NCBI GenBank assembly: GCA_030390025.1
Contig: CM059431.1
Coordinates: 144,400,001-144,464,000 of the forward strand
DNA length: 64,000 bases
Origin: Squalus acanthias
Taxonomy: Eukaryota
Direction of reading: 5' to 3'
Shown: piece by piece, positions 23,001 through 33,139 of the stretch
Position numbering within the stretch: the first letter of the stretch is position 1
Layout: each line of letters begins with the position of its first letter
Notes under the pieces: generated by a model
Told to the model about the DNA's origin: nothing
Databases searched by the model: none
What the model saw: only the letters and a program-made list of their open reading frames with translations
Made by a program: the position numbers and the translations under genes

Positions 23001-24498
23001 AATGTTTCGATATCCAACCTACTGGGTCAACTCTGTGGAGAATTTCTCACATCTAGATGTTACTTTTACCAAGAGAAGTTTTTTTATGTAAGGTTCTGGT
23101 GGCCGTTGCACTGCGAGATAATTGTAGAAACACTAACCAGTGATTAACCATCTCGTTTTCAGTTGAATCTTATACTTGGCTCGAACATATTTGGCTTGAT
23201 ATTGGCTCTAACATCATTGGGATTATCAATCTGGAATGGACATAACCAACCATCGGAATGTAAGGTGAGAAAATTATGTTTCCCCATTGAATGAATTTAT
23301 CCAAAGTGGAAATTGTGGATCAATTAGAAATAATTTAAATCATTTGACTGAGTCACTTCTTTAGATATGAAAGGTTGATATCTTCCTCGTATTAATTGGT
23401 GGCAGTTTTTGGCTCCCCGTACACCGACGCTTTGAATTTAAAATTCTCATCCTCGTGCTCAAATCCCTCCAAGGCCTCGCCCATCCCTATTTCTGTAACC
23501 TCCTCCAGCCTTACAACCCTCATGAGATCTCAGCTCTTCCAACTTTGGCGCTTGTCCATCCCCCACTCTTATCCCACCATTGGCCGCCGTGCCTTCAGCC
23601 GCCTATGCCCTGGGTCCCTCCCCCCCCCCCCCCACCCCACACACACACAAACCTCTCCGCCTTTCCATCTTTGCTCACCTCGTTAACCAAGCTTTTGGTC
23701 ACATGTTCTAATATCTCCTTTAAAGGCTCGGTGCCCAATTTTTTCTTATTTGCGTGTCTTTGAAGGACCTTGGGACATTTGACTACGTTAAAGGCGAAAT
23801 ATAAATTCAAGTTGTTGTTTTTGTGCGATAGTATCCAACGGGTGTTAACGAGTCGGCAGCCGGCTTTACATATCTCCCAATTTTGAATTCTCTTGAAGTC
23901 ACGGAGAGATGTAAATCGTTCGGCTGACTCGCTATCATCAGTTGTATACCGTCGCAAAATCTCAACATTTACCCCATTGGGAATGAACAATGCAGGCTGT
24001 TGAAATGGACCAGCGCACAGAGAAACGATGGGAAAGTGATTCCCAATGGCTGAGGAATGCTCTGCCTAAAAAGCATCGCCTGAGTTTCCCTTAATTGAAA
24101 TCAACGGAAAGGAAATTCCGTAGTGAAGTATAAATGGTGGCCGATCCGATATCGTCAGCTGCAAACCATCGTCAGAAGTTAAAATCCACAACCCCTCCCG
24201 CTCCGCCCACTGTTGTATCCCAATGAAGGCACCAATTCTGCCCTGTCTCTCAGTGGTGATGTTCACCAAGTTCACTTTAAACAAGCTGTTGTCTGCGAGA
24301 TCAATGTGCCTCCCAGTGGAATATATTCAGCTCATTCAGGGCCCTGTTTCTCCTCCCTTGCAGGATTACTTGACCGCCTTCCATTGGCTGATACTCGTGT
24401 TCCTTCTCCTGCAATTGATGCTCTCTATCTGGAACATCTTTGTCATCAGATTCTGGTTGAACAAGGGAGAAAAAGCTAGAAGTTCTCCGCATCCGTGA
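1867..24498 (+). CDS. Spliced gene join(1867..2094,10679..10808,11669..11721,15194..15307,17652..17708,23163..23264,24364..24498): pyrin-like domain + MS4A/CD20-like tetraspan protein, 272 aa
   Basis: All six introns are GT-AG, mostly with pyrimidine-rich acceptors. Phases 0,1,0,0,0,0 chain without a stop; 819 nt ending in TGA at 24496-24498. Protein: [272 protein letters not shown]. Confidence 0.75.
2170..3045 (+). mobile_element. 5'-truncated Vingi/Ingi-clade non-LTR retrotransposon, frameshifted
   Basis: [49 protein letters not shown], and a degenerate C-terminal CCHC-like [15 protein letters not shown]. Confidence 0.7.
3150..4010 (-). mobile_element. Decayed non-LTR retrotransposon 3' region (CR1 group)
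   Basis: Minus ORF ..[25 protein letters not shown]. Related pieces at ~10890-11430; the 5' endonuclease fragment at 31911-32510 may be the same group. Confidence 0.6.
4225..4632 (-). mobile_element. tRNA-derived Deu-type SINE
   Basis: Reverse complement has tggctgagtgttag head, gtgccgtctttctgattgagacgttaaaccgag core and aaggcgctatataaa tail. Confidence 0.7.
4806..7525 (-). mobile_element. CR1 LINE, ORF2 (RT and part of endonuclease) with stops and frameshifts
   Basis: [42 protein letters not shown]; (ttctatga)n tail at 4806. Confidence 0.9.
7884..8505 (+). mobile_element. CR1 LINE 3' fragment
   Basis: [34 protein letters not shown]. Confidence 0.85.
9308..9775. mobile_element. Penelope-like relic with inverted termini
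   Basis: gaaatgctggaaatactcagc at ~9347 and its inverted copy gctgagtatttccagcatttc at ~9752; same family as 24558-24690 and 43116-43325. Confidence 0.55.
10127..10311. mobile_element. Palindromic MITE (PIF/Harbinger-like termini) inserted in an L2 tail
   Basis: GGCCGAGACATTCG..GGGCGGTGGCG ... CGCCACCGCCC..CGAATTTCTAGCC; self-complementary along most of its length. Confidence 0.65.
10679..10808 (+). CDS. Coding exon 2: polar linker
   Basis: tccttatctttgcag|GGCAAT... GCAG|GTGAGT; 130 nt, phase 0 to 1, open frame [11 protein letters not shown]...TASA. Confidence 0.75.
11669..11721 (+). CDS. Coding exon 3: juxtamembrane segment before TM1
   Basis: atttgtttag|ATGAAAG... TCT|GTGAGT; 53 nt, phase 1 to 0, (D)[17 protein letters not shown]. 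Confidence 0.75.
12490..14865 (-). mobile_element. CR1 LINE, decayed
   Basis: [35 protein letters not shown]; attacatagg tail. Confidence 0.85.
15194..15307 (+). CDS. Coding exon 4: MS4A-like TM1, loop and start of TM2
   Basis: ttttgtttctgaccctcag|CTTTTG... CTG|GTAAGA; 114 nt; [14 protein letters not shown]...IPWWSGVL matches the MS4A QI.iG and P.W.G motifs. Confidence 0.85.
15545..17300 (+). repeat. 48-bp G-rich minisatellite, about 36 units
   Basis: Unit GGGAGAGAGCGGGGCAGTGGGATTAGTTTGGGATTGATACAGGACTAT; ends in a CR1 tail (ggccgaatggcctccttctgtgct). Confidence 0.9.
17652..17708 (+). CDS. Coding exon 5: MS4A-like TM2 end and intracellular loop (57 nt)
   Basis: ttttcctttgttgcag|TTTTCT... 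[28 protein letters not shown], same size and phase as the FIISGSLS..K exon typical of MS4A genes. Confidence 0.8.
17850..18080 (+). pseudogene. Probable decayed Ig/TCR V-set segment
   Basis: Across frameshifts: SSISG / [14 protein letters not shown] / PSPLCVS / [22 protein letters not shown], where TAG GAC TGG each differ by one base from Y-Y-C codons. Confidence 0.4.
18315..19236 (+). mobile_element. CR1 LINE endonuclease region, decayed
   Basis: [28 protein letters not shown] motifs. Confidence 0.85.
19237..20615 (-). mobile_element. Young 5'-truncated CR1 LINE
   Basis: Uninterrupted 303-aa RT C-terminal ORF 19479-20390; (ttcttatg)n tail. Confidence 0.9.
21390..21932 (-). mobile_element. 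CR1 LINE 3' fragment
   Basis: [29 protein letters not shown]. Confidence 0.8.
21950..22870 (+). mobile_element. CR1 LINE 3' fragment
   Basis: [29 protein letters not shown]1 3' UTR. Confidence 0.8.
23163..23264 (+). CDS. Coding exon 6: MS4A-like TM3 and second extracellular loop
   Basis: Branch-point-like CACTAAC at 23131, tctcgttttcag|TTGAAT... AAG|GTGAGA; 102 nt; [24 protein letters not shown] matches MS4A sLg.Ni.sai.A..gi.l. Confidence 0.85.
24364..24498 (+). CDS. Coding exon 7: MS4A-like TM4, short tail and stop
   Basis: ctgtttctcctcccttgcag|GATTAC...; [31 protein letters not shown].. matches MS4A TM4 (llvf..LEf.i.i); TGA at 24496. Confidence 0.85.
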   Translation, partial: DYLTAFHWLILVFLLLQLMLSIWNIFVIRFWLNKGEKARSSPHP

Positions 24499-24557
24499 AT
24501 CACTAAAGGTGATCCAGGAAAAAAAGGCTGCAGCGAATGTGTTTAAAGCTTGTACCG

Positions 24558-24690
24558 GTTCTGACGACAGGTCTTCGATCTGAAAGGTTATCTCTGTTTC
24601 TCTCTCCACAAAGGCTTCCTGACCTGCTGAGTATTTTCCAGGTGTTTCTGTTTGTATTTGAGATTTGCAGAATCGCAGTATTTGGTTTTT
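24558..24690 (+). mobile_element. Penelope-type terminal repeat fragment in the presumed 3' UTR
   Basis: ctgacgacaggtcttcgatctgaaa...cctgacctgctgagtattttccag...gatttgcagaatcgcagtattt. Confidence 0.55.
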
Positions 24691-24904
24691 GATACAGTGA
24701 AGTAACCTCATTGATTAGCAGATGAAATTCAACTGCGCTGATAATTCAGAGTTAATGCCCGCTCCCGTGAGCCATGCATATCTGCTGTCGGTTCTTTTAT
24801 TGAAACCAGGGAGTCTCCCTTTTGTACTATAACATCCCCAGTCTAGCCAATTATCCCTTTAATCCAGATATCCATTGACTATTCCAATGCCCTTCTGGCT
24901 GAAA

Positions 24905-25190
24905 AAAAGAGAGACTTGCATTTATATACCGCCTTTCACGACCGCAGGACATTTCAAAGCGCTTTAAAGTCACTGACGTATTTTTGAAGTGCAGTCACAG
25001 TTGCAATATGGGAAGCGCGGCCTCCAATTTTGCGCACAGCAAGCTCCCACAAACAGCAATGTGATTATGACCAGAAAACCTGTTTTGTGATGTTGATTGA
25101 GGGATAAATATTGGCCAGGACACCGGGGATAACTCCCCTGCTCTTCTTCGAAATAGTGCAACGGGATCTTTTACGTCAACCTGAGAAAGC
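24905..25190 (-). mobile_element. Deu-type SINE 3' half
   Basis: Reverse complement of tgacgtaaaagatccc..gaagagcagggga..aaggcggtatataaatgcaag. Confidence 0.7.
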
Positions 25191-26416
25191 ATTCCCAGTC
25201 TAGCCAATTATCCCTTTAATCCATGCTCGACTATTCCAATGTCCTGCTGGCTGGCCTTCTATTGCCACCCGATGTAAACTTCAGCTCATCTAAACCTCTG
25301 TTGCCCGTGTCCTAACTCGCTCACGTTTTACCATCTCCCCTGTGCTCGCTGACCTATATTGGTGCCTGGTACAATTCGATTTTGAAATTCTAATTCTTGT
25401 TTTTAAATCCCTCCGTGGCCTCGCCCCTCAATATCTCTGTAATCTCCTTCAGCTCAACAAGCCCCGAGATATCTGCACTCCACCATTTCTGGCCTCTTGT
25501 GCATCCCCGATATTAACCGCTCCACCATTGGTGGCCGTGCCTTCAGCTGCCAAGGCCCGAAACTCTGAAATTCCCTCACTAAACCTGCGTCTCTCTATCT
25601 CTCTCTCCTCCTTTAAGACGCTCCTTAAAACCTACTTATTTGACCAATCTTTTGATCACCTGTTCTAGTATCTCCTTACGTGTCTCCATGTCAATACATT
25701 GTTTGATAATCCTCATGTGAAGCACCTTGGGAAATTTTACTACGTTAAATAATCCATATAAATGCAATTTTTTTTGATTTTGTTGAGGTTCACGCATTTC
25801 CTCTGCGATCAATGCCAATTTTCCTGATCTTCACTGTATTTATGGCCGTGCAACGCGACTTTAGTAGTTACCAGTGGCAGGAGGATCAGTAACCAGAGAC
25901 AGAGACATAAGATATAAGATAAGTTGCAAAAAATCCATAGGAGAATTGTCTTTAGGCAGCGAATTGTTAGAAACCGGAATGCACTGCCCGAAAGGCTGGT
26001 GGAAGCAGATTCAAAGTTAACTCTTTTTGAATGTGATTCAGCACATGGAATGGTACAGCCCCGAAGGGGGCCATTCAGCCCATCCTGACTATGCCGGCTC
26101 TCTGAAAGAGCTCAGAATTCTCCCCATTCTCCTGCTCTTTCCCCAGAGCCTGGCAATTCTTCCTTTTTAATAAGAGATACAATTCCTTTTTAAAGTTACT
26201 GTTAAATATGCTTCCAACATCCTTTCAGGCAGTGCATTTCAGATCACAACAACTCACTGCTTTAAAAAAATTCTGGTCGCCACCCCTCTGATTCTTTTGC
26301 TAATCACCTGTGTCCTCTGGTTACGGGCCCCTTGTTTACTCTAGCAAAATCCCTCATAATATTGAACACCTCAGCCCAATCGCGCTTTGACCATCACTCA
26401 GCTGAGGCGCAGACGC

Positions 26417-26507
26417 AATAAATAGTGCAATTGATTGCTTTTCACATCAGTTGTTCTCTAAATTGTTTGTTGATCTGATTTATTACAGCATTCAATTCAC
26501 CAATAAA
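26417..26507 (+). terminator. Candidate polyadenylation signals of the PYD-MS4A gene
   Basis: The first AATAAA hexamers I found after the stop (26417-26422, 26502-26507), followed by T/GT-rich sequence. Confidence 0.3.
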
Positions 26508-27884
26508 CTTTAATAAGCCTGATGTCATTTCTCTTTATGTCTTGCACTGTAACATCCCCTGTCTGCCCAATTAACACTTTAATTGTTCGCACATTGTTTC
26601 ATCATGTTCCACACTGTCTCTCGTCAATTGGTTTAAATCTCTTCCCGAATTGCGCTTAGTAAATGATGCACCATTTCTCTTATCACTGCGTGATGACAAT
26701 CTACACACATTCGATTGCATAAGTCGGAAGGCAAATACACAGAAGAAAAATTGAACCGAGTAGGAAATATCTCGAATCGCAATTCACTATACAGAGCTTC
26801 ATGGATACGGGTGACGTCAAGTCCGTTTACAGATCCTACCAGAAGATGGAGGCACTGAGTCTGTTTTTCTCTTCAGTCCCCAGCTCGCAGTTTTATTTGA
26901 GTCGACGTCTGTCACTTGTGCTATAATCCACCTCAAGAGAATTTGTACAATAACTACTGTTGGAGAGTTAGAAGCTACACAGCGGCGAGTAGGAATAACT
27001 TCGAGCTCGTCTAATGGGCAAGCCAGACAAGGTACTCAGGGTACAACTGCACCACCGCTCCGGAAAACCAAGTTCACCTGTAATAAAGAGCAGAAATTCC
27101 ATTGTGGCTCCTCTGGAGAGCACGGAATATGTCAATCTGCAAAGCAGCATTTATCAATATTCATTGTTCATATTACATAGAATTACATTCAATTTACAGC
27201 TTAGAAACATTCCATTCGGCCCAACTGGTCTGTGCCGGTGTTTATGTTCCACAAGAGTCGCCTCACGTCCTGCTTCATCTAACACTATCAGCATAACCTT
27301 CTATTCCTTTCTCTCTCACGTACTTATCTAGATTCCCCTTAAATGCTATTCGCCACAAACACTCCTTGCGATATCGAATTCCACATTGTCACAATTCTCT
27401 GGTAAAATAAGTTTCGCCTGAATTCCCCATTAGATTTATTGGTGACAATCTTGTACTTATCGTCCCTAGTTTTGGTCAAATTAAGTCTTGACGTTTTAAA
27501 AAAATGAAAAACAGCAATTTAGCAAATGGTAGTCATGAGATAATTACATTGCGGCTGTGAAATCGTCTGTGGAGGGGGGAGTGTTCAGTTTCAGATTCCC
27601 TGAACGTAAATTTGGAAAAAAATGAGCTGAAAAAAAACCCGACATCATCTGATCATTCTCCTCACTGCTTGGCTCGGTGCCCAGAACACATCATGTCTGT
27701 CCTTGCAGGTTATTAGTTCATTCATGACTGTTCAACATTGCTAATCTCGCCCTAAATGTGATCTCTTCCAAACTTTTTATACTGCAGATTCTCAGTTTTC
27801 ATATGTGTGAGTGACAATAATCATAGGAAATGAGTAATGAGGTTGTTAGGAGAATTATGGTCGTCTCACATAGTTACATCTATC

Positions 27885-30800
27885 TACAGGGGCAGCACTG
27901 AAGGAGCCCTGCGCTGTCGGAGGTGCAGTACTGAGGGAGCGCTGCACTGTCGGAGGGGCAGTACTGAGGGAGCAATGCATTGCCGGAGGGACAGTACTGA
28001 GGGCACGCGGCACTGTCAGAGGTGCAGTACTGAGGTACTGCTGCACCGTCGGAGGTGCAGTACTGAAGGAGCACTGCAATGTCAGAGCTGCCGTACTGAG
28101 GTAGTGCTGCACTGTCGGTGAGGCAGTACTGAGGTAGTGCTGCACTGTCGGAGGTGCATTACTGAGGGAGTGCTGCACTGTCGGAGGTGCATTACTGAGG
28201 GAGTGCTGCACTGTCGCAGAGGCAGTACAGAGGCAGCGCTGCGCTTTCGGAGGTGCAGTACTGAAGGAGCCCTGCACTGGCAGAGTGCAGCATTGAGGCA
28301 GTGCTGCACCGTTGGAGGTGCAGAACTGAGGGAGCACTGCGCTGTCGGTGGAGCAGCATCGAAGGAGACCTGCAATGTCCGAGGTGCAGTACTGATGAGT
28401 TAGTGCTGCAACGTCGGAGGTGCAGTACTGAAGTAGCCCTGCCCTGTCAGAGCTGCCGTTCTGAAGTAGTGCTGCACTGTCAGAGTGCAGCATTGAGTTA
28501 GTGCTCCACAGTTGGAGGTGCAGAGCTGTGGGAGCGCTGCACTGTCGAAAGGGCAGTGGTGAGGGAGCGCTGCGCTGTCGGAGGTGCAGTACTGAAGGAG
28601 CCCTGCAATGTCAGAGGTGCATTACTGAGGTAGAGCTGCGCCGTCGGAGGTGCATTACTGAGGGCGCACTGCGCTGTCGGAGGTGCAATACTGAACGAGC
28701 CCTGCACTGTCAGAGTGCAGCATTGAGGTAGTGCCGCACCGTTGGAGGTGCAAAACTGAGTGAGCGCAGCACTGTCCAAGGGGCAGGACTCAGGGAGTGC
28801 TGCGCTGTCGGAGGTGCAGTACTGAGGGAGCGCTGCACTGTCGAAGGGGCTGTACTGAGGGATCGCTGTACTGTCGGAGGTGGTAGTACTGAGGGAGCGC
28901 TGCATTGTCGGAGAGACCACTGAGTGAGCGCTGCACTGTCAGAGAGGCAGTACAGAGGGATCGCTGTGCTATCGGAGGGGTAGTATTAAGGGAGCGCAGC
29001 ACTGTTGGAGGGACTGTACTATGGGAGTGCTGCACTGTCGAAGGGACAGTACTGTCCGAGAAGGCATTATTGAGGCAGGACTGCATTGGTGGAGGAGGCA
29101 GTATTGAGGGAGTGCTGCACTGTCGGAGGGACAGAACTGAGGAAGTGGTGCACTGTCGAACGGGTAGTACTGAGGGAGCACCGCACTGTGGGAGGAGGCA
29201 TTATTGAGGCAGCACTGCATTGGTGGAGGAGGCAGTATTGAGGTAGTGCTGCACTGTTGGAGGGACAGAACTGAGGGAGTGCTGCACTCTCGGAGGGGCA
29301 GTACTGAGGGAGCGCTACGCTGTCGGACGGGCAGTACTGAAGGAGCGCTGCACTGTCGAAGGGGCTGTACTGATGGAGTGCTGCACTCTCGGAGGGGCAG
29401 TACTGAGGGAGCGCTACGTTGCCGGAGGGGCGATACTGAGGGAGCGCAACACTGCTGGAGGGACAGTACAGAAGGAGCGCTGCACTGCTGGAGGGACAAT
29501 ACTGAGGGAGTGCTGCACTTTCGGAGGGACAGTACTGAGGGTGCGCTTCACTGTCGGACGGACAGTAATGAGGGAGTGCTGCACTGTCGGATGGGCATTA
29601 TTGAGGGAGTGCTGCACTGTCGGAGAGACATAATTGAGGGAGCGTTGCATTGTCCGACGGGCAGTACTGAGGGAGCGTTGTACTGTCGGAGGGGCAGTAC
29701 TAAGGGAGTGCTAGACTGTTGGAGGTGCATTGCTGAACGAGCGCTGCACTGTCGGAGTGGCAATCATGATGGAGTGTTGCACTGTCGGAGGGGCAGCAAC
29801 GAATTAATTCTGCACTGTCAGAGTGGCAATACACAGAGATTTGAGGCAGAAATGCATTGTCGTAGGAGGCAGTATTTTTGGAGCGCTGCACTGTCGAAGG
29901 GGCAGTACTGAAGGAGCGCTGCACTGTCAGAAGGGCAGTACTGACGGAGCGCTCCAGTGTCGGAGAGAGCACTCAGCGAGCGTTGCACTGTCGGAGAGGC
30001 AGTGCTGAGGGAGCGCTGCAGTGCCGGAGGGTCAGTACTGAAGGAGCACTGCAATCTCGGAGGGGCAGTATTCAGTGAGCGCTGCACTGCCTGACGGACA
30101 GTACAAAAGGTCCGCTGCACTGCTGCAGGGACAGTACTGAGAGTGCGCTTCACTGTGGGAGGGACACTAATCTGGGAGTGCTGCACTGTCAAACGAGCAG
30201 TACTGAGGGAGCGTTGCACTTTCAGAGCGGCACTACTGAAGGAGCACTGCACTCTCGGAGGGGCTGCACTGATGGAGCGCTGCATTGCTGGAGGGACAGT
30301 ACAGAAGGAGCGCTGCACTGCCGGAAGGACAGTATTGAGGGAGTGTTGCACTTTCGGAGAGGCAGTACTGAGGGAGTGCTACACTGTTTGAGGTGCATTG
30401 CTAAGAGAGCGCCGCACTGCCGGAGTGGCAACCGTGAGCAGATCTGCACTGTCGTAGGGGAAACACCGAGTGAGTTCTGCACTGTCAGAGGGGCAATACA
30501 AAGAAAATTCTGCACTGTCGGAGGTGCATTACTGCGGGAGTGCTGCAATGTCGGAGGGGCAATGCTGAGGCAGCACTGCACTGTCGGAAGGTAGTACTGA
30601 GCGAATGTTGCACTCTCGGAGGGGCATCAGTACTGAGGCAGTGCTGCACTGTCGGAGGTGCAGTACTGAGGGACCGCTGCATTTTCCGAGGAGCTTTACT
30701 GAGGTAGCGCTCCACTGTCGGAGGGGCAGTACTGAGGCAGCGCTGCACTGTCGGAGGTGCAGTACTGAGGATCCGCTGCACTGTCGGAGGAGCTTTACTG

Positions 30801-31910
30801 AAGGAGCGCTACACTGTCAGAGGGGCAGTACTGAGGGAGCGCTTCACTGCCGCAGGGACTGTACAGAAGCAGCGCTGCACTGCCGGAGGGTCAGTACTGA
30901 GGGAGCGCTGCACTGTCGGAGTGGCAGTCGTGAAGGAGAGTTGAACTGTCGGAGGGGCAACACCGAGTGAGTTCTGCACTGTCAGGGGGGCAATATAAAG
31001 AGACTTCTGTACTGTCGGAGGTGCAGTACTAAGGGAGCGCTGCACAATCGGAGGGTTAGTACTGAGGGAGCGTTGCATTGTTGGAGGGACTGTACTGAGG
31101 TAGCACTGCATTGTCGGAGGGACAGTCTTGAGGGAGCGCTGCTCTGTCGGAGGTGAAATGCTGAGGCAGCGCTGCACTGTTGGAGGGGCAGTACTGAGGG
31201 AGCGCTGCACGATAGGGGGGCATTATTGGGTAGTGCTGCACTATCGGAGAGGCAATCGTGAAGGAGCCCTGCACTGTCAAAGCGTCAATAGTGAAGGTGT
31301 GCTGCACTGTCAGCGGGGCAGTACTGAATGAGCACTGCACTGTCGGAGGAGTAGTGCCGAGGGAGCGCTGCACTGTTGGAGGGACTGTACTATGGGAGCT
31401 CTGTACTTTCAGAGGGCAGTACTGAGGCAGCGCTACACTATCGGAGGGGCAGTAATGAGGGAGCGCTGCACTGCCGAAGGGACAGTACTGAGGGAGTGCT
31501 GCACTGTCGGAGGAACAGTACTGAGGCGCTGCTGCAATGTCAGAGGGACAGGAATGAGGTTGCGCTGCACTGTCGGATGGGCATTGTTGAGGGAGTGCTG
31601 CACTGTCGGAGGGACAAAACTGAGGAATGCTGAACTGTCGGACCGGCAGTACTTAGGGAGCGCTGCACGATCGGTGGTGCAGTACTGATGCCGCGCTGCA
31701 CAGTCATCGATGCAGTACTGAGGAAGCGTTGCACTGTCGGAGGGGGAGTACTGAGGGAGTGCTACACTGTTGGAGGAGCATTACTGAGTGAAGGTTTCAC
31801 TGTCGGAATGGCAGTCGTGAAGGAGTGCTGCACTGTCGAAGGGGCAATACACAGGGAGATCCGCACTGCCAGAGGAGCAATACTCAGGGAGGTTTGCACT
31901 GTCAGGAGGT
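27885..31910 (+). repeat. 33-bp minisatellite array, about 120 units, SINE-derived
   Basis: Unit GCAGTACTGAGGGAGCGCTGCACTGTCGGAGG(T/G); gives the 11-aa periodic ORFs (STEGALHCRRG). Confidence 0.95.
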
Positions 31911-32510
31911 AATACACAAGTGGAGAAAGCGTTTTCTCAGTGTGAAGATGGGACTTCGGCTCCATAATGACTGCGCGGTGGTCACTGCTACCAATGCTGT
32001 CATGGACAGATGCATCTGCGACAGGTAGATTGGTGAGGACGTGGTCAAGCCTCACCACCTTTCCCAGCCAGCTCGGTCATTAGTGGTGCTACCGAGCCAC
32101 TCTTGGTGATGGACATTGAAGTTCCCCCACCCAATGTAAATTCTGTGCCCTTGCTACTCTCAGAGCTTCTTACAAGTGGTGTTCAACATGGAGGAGCACT
32201 GATGCAGCAGCTGGGGGAGGGCGGTAGGTGGTAATCAGCAGGATGTTTCCTTCCCCAAGCTTGACCTGAAGCCATGAGAATTCATGGGGTCCGGAGTCAA
32301 TGTTGAGGACTCCCAGGGCCACTCCTTCCCGAATGTATACCACTGTGCCGATGGGACAGGACATACCCAGGGGTGCTGATAGAGATTGAGGGATTTTCTG
32401 AAAGGTATGATTCTGTGAATATGACCATGTCATGCTTGACTAATCTGTGGGACAAGCTCTCCTAATTTTAGAACAAGTCCCCAGTTATTGATGAGGAGTG
32501 TCATTGTCGT
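31911..32510 (-). mobile_element. Non-LTR retrotransposon endonuclease fragment
   Basis: SWLQVK.GEGNILLITTYRPP; LDHVLTNLP...IGSSDH. Confidence 0.75.
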
Positions 32511-32559
32511 GTCTGTAGCCGATGCCGAGTGGTCCCTCCGGTTTTATTCTTATTTTTTT

Positions 32560-32862
32560 TCTCGTAGCTTGTTGTTACAACTTAGTGGCTTCCCATTGCT
32601 GTGGGGCTGGAGTCACATACAGGCCAGAGCACGTCGGGATAGCCGATTTCCTAAAGGACATTAGTGAACCAGATGGGGTTTTACAAAAATCCGATGTTTA
32701 ATAATCACCATTATTGATATTAACATTTTATTCCAGAATTATTTCCATAACTGAATTTAAATTTATGGCGTGCTGGGATTTGAATTCACGTCGCTGGATT
32801 AACTAGTCCAGTCTTCTCGCATTATTAGTTCATTAACATAACCACTATGCTACTGTTCCCGT
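32560..32862 (-). mobile_element. tRNA-derived SINE
   Basis: Minus strand tagcatagtggtt A box and attcaaatccc B-box-like motif. Confidence 0.55.
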
Positions 32863-33139
32863 ATGAAGCACATTTGCGCCTGCACAGGTGAATAGAAACA
32901 GGCGCACTGTATCAAACACTTCTATCAGCAACATGGTTATAACATCGTTAGAAGTAAAGGGACTCTGCCTGCACTATTGACGTAAACTGGTCTTAAATCC
33001 AAGAATTATTTCATAGAGATATCTGCGCAAAGGAAAGCCTCGAAAACTTCGTCTTATTATCGTTTTTAATATTTTTCCTAATAATACTTGCTAAAAAGCA
33101 GCAGGTTTGTTCAGTCACTAAGTATTTTAGCTGGTGTTT

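Noticed and set aside
24213..24363. Longer N-terminal part of ORFs 24213/24223 as coding sequence
   Set aside because: The strong acceptor at 24363 and the phase-0 match to exon 6 explain the TM4 segment; the upstream part looks intronic.
27837..31912. Cys/Arg-rich repetitive ORFs or a CRISPR-like array
   Set aside because: Head-to-tail 33-bp units with no unique spacers. ORFs appear in several frames on both strands because the unit length is a multiple of 3. The context is eukaryotic and there are no cas genes.
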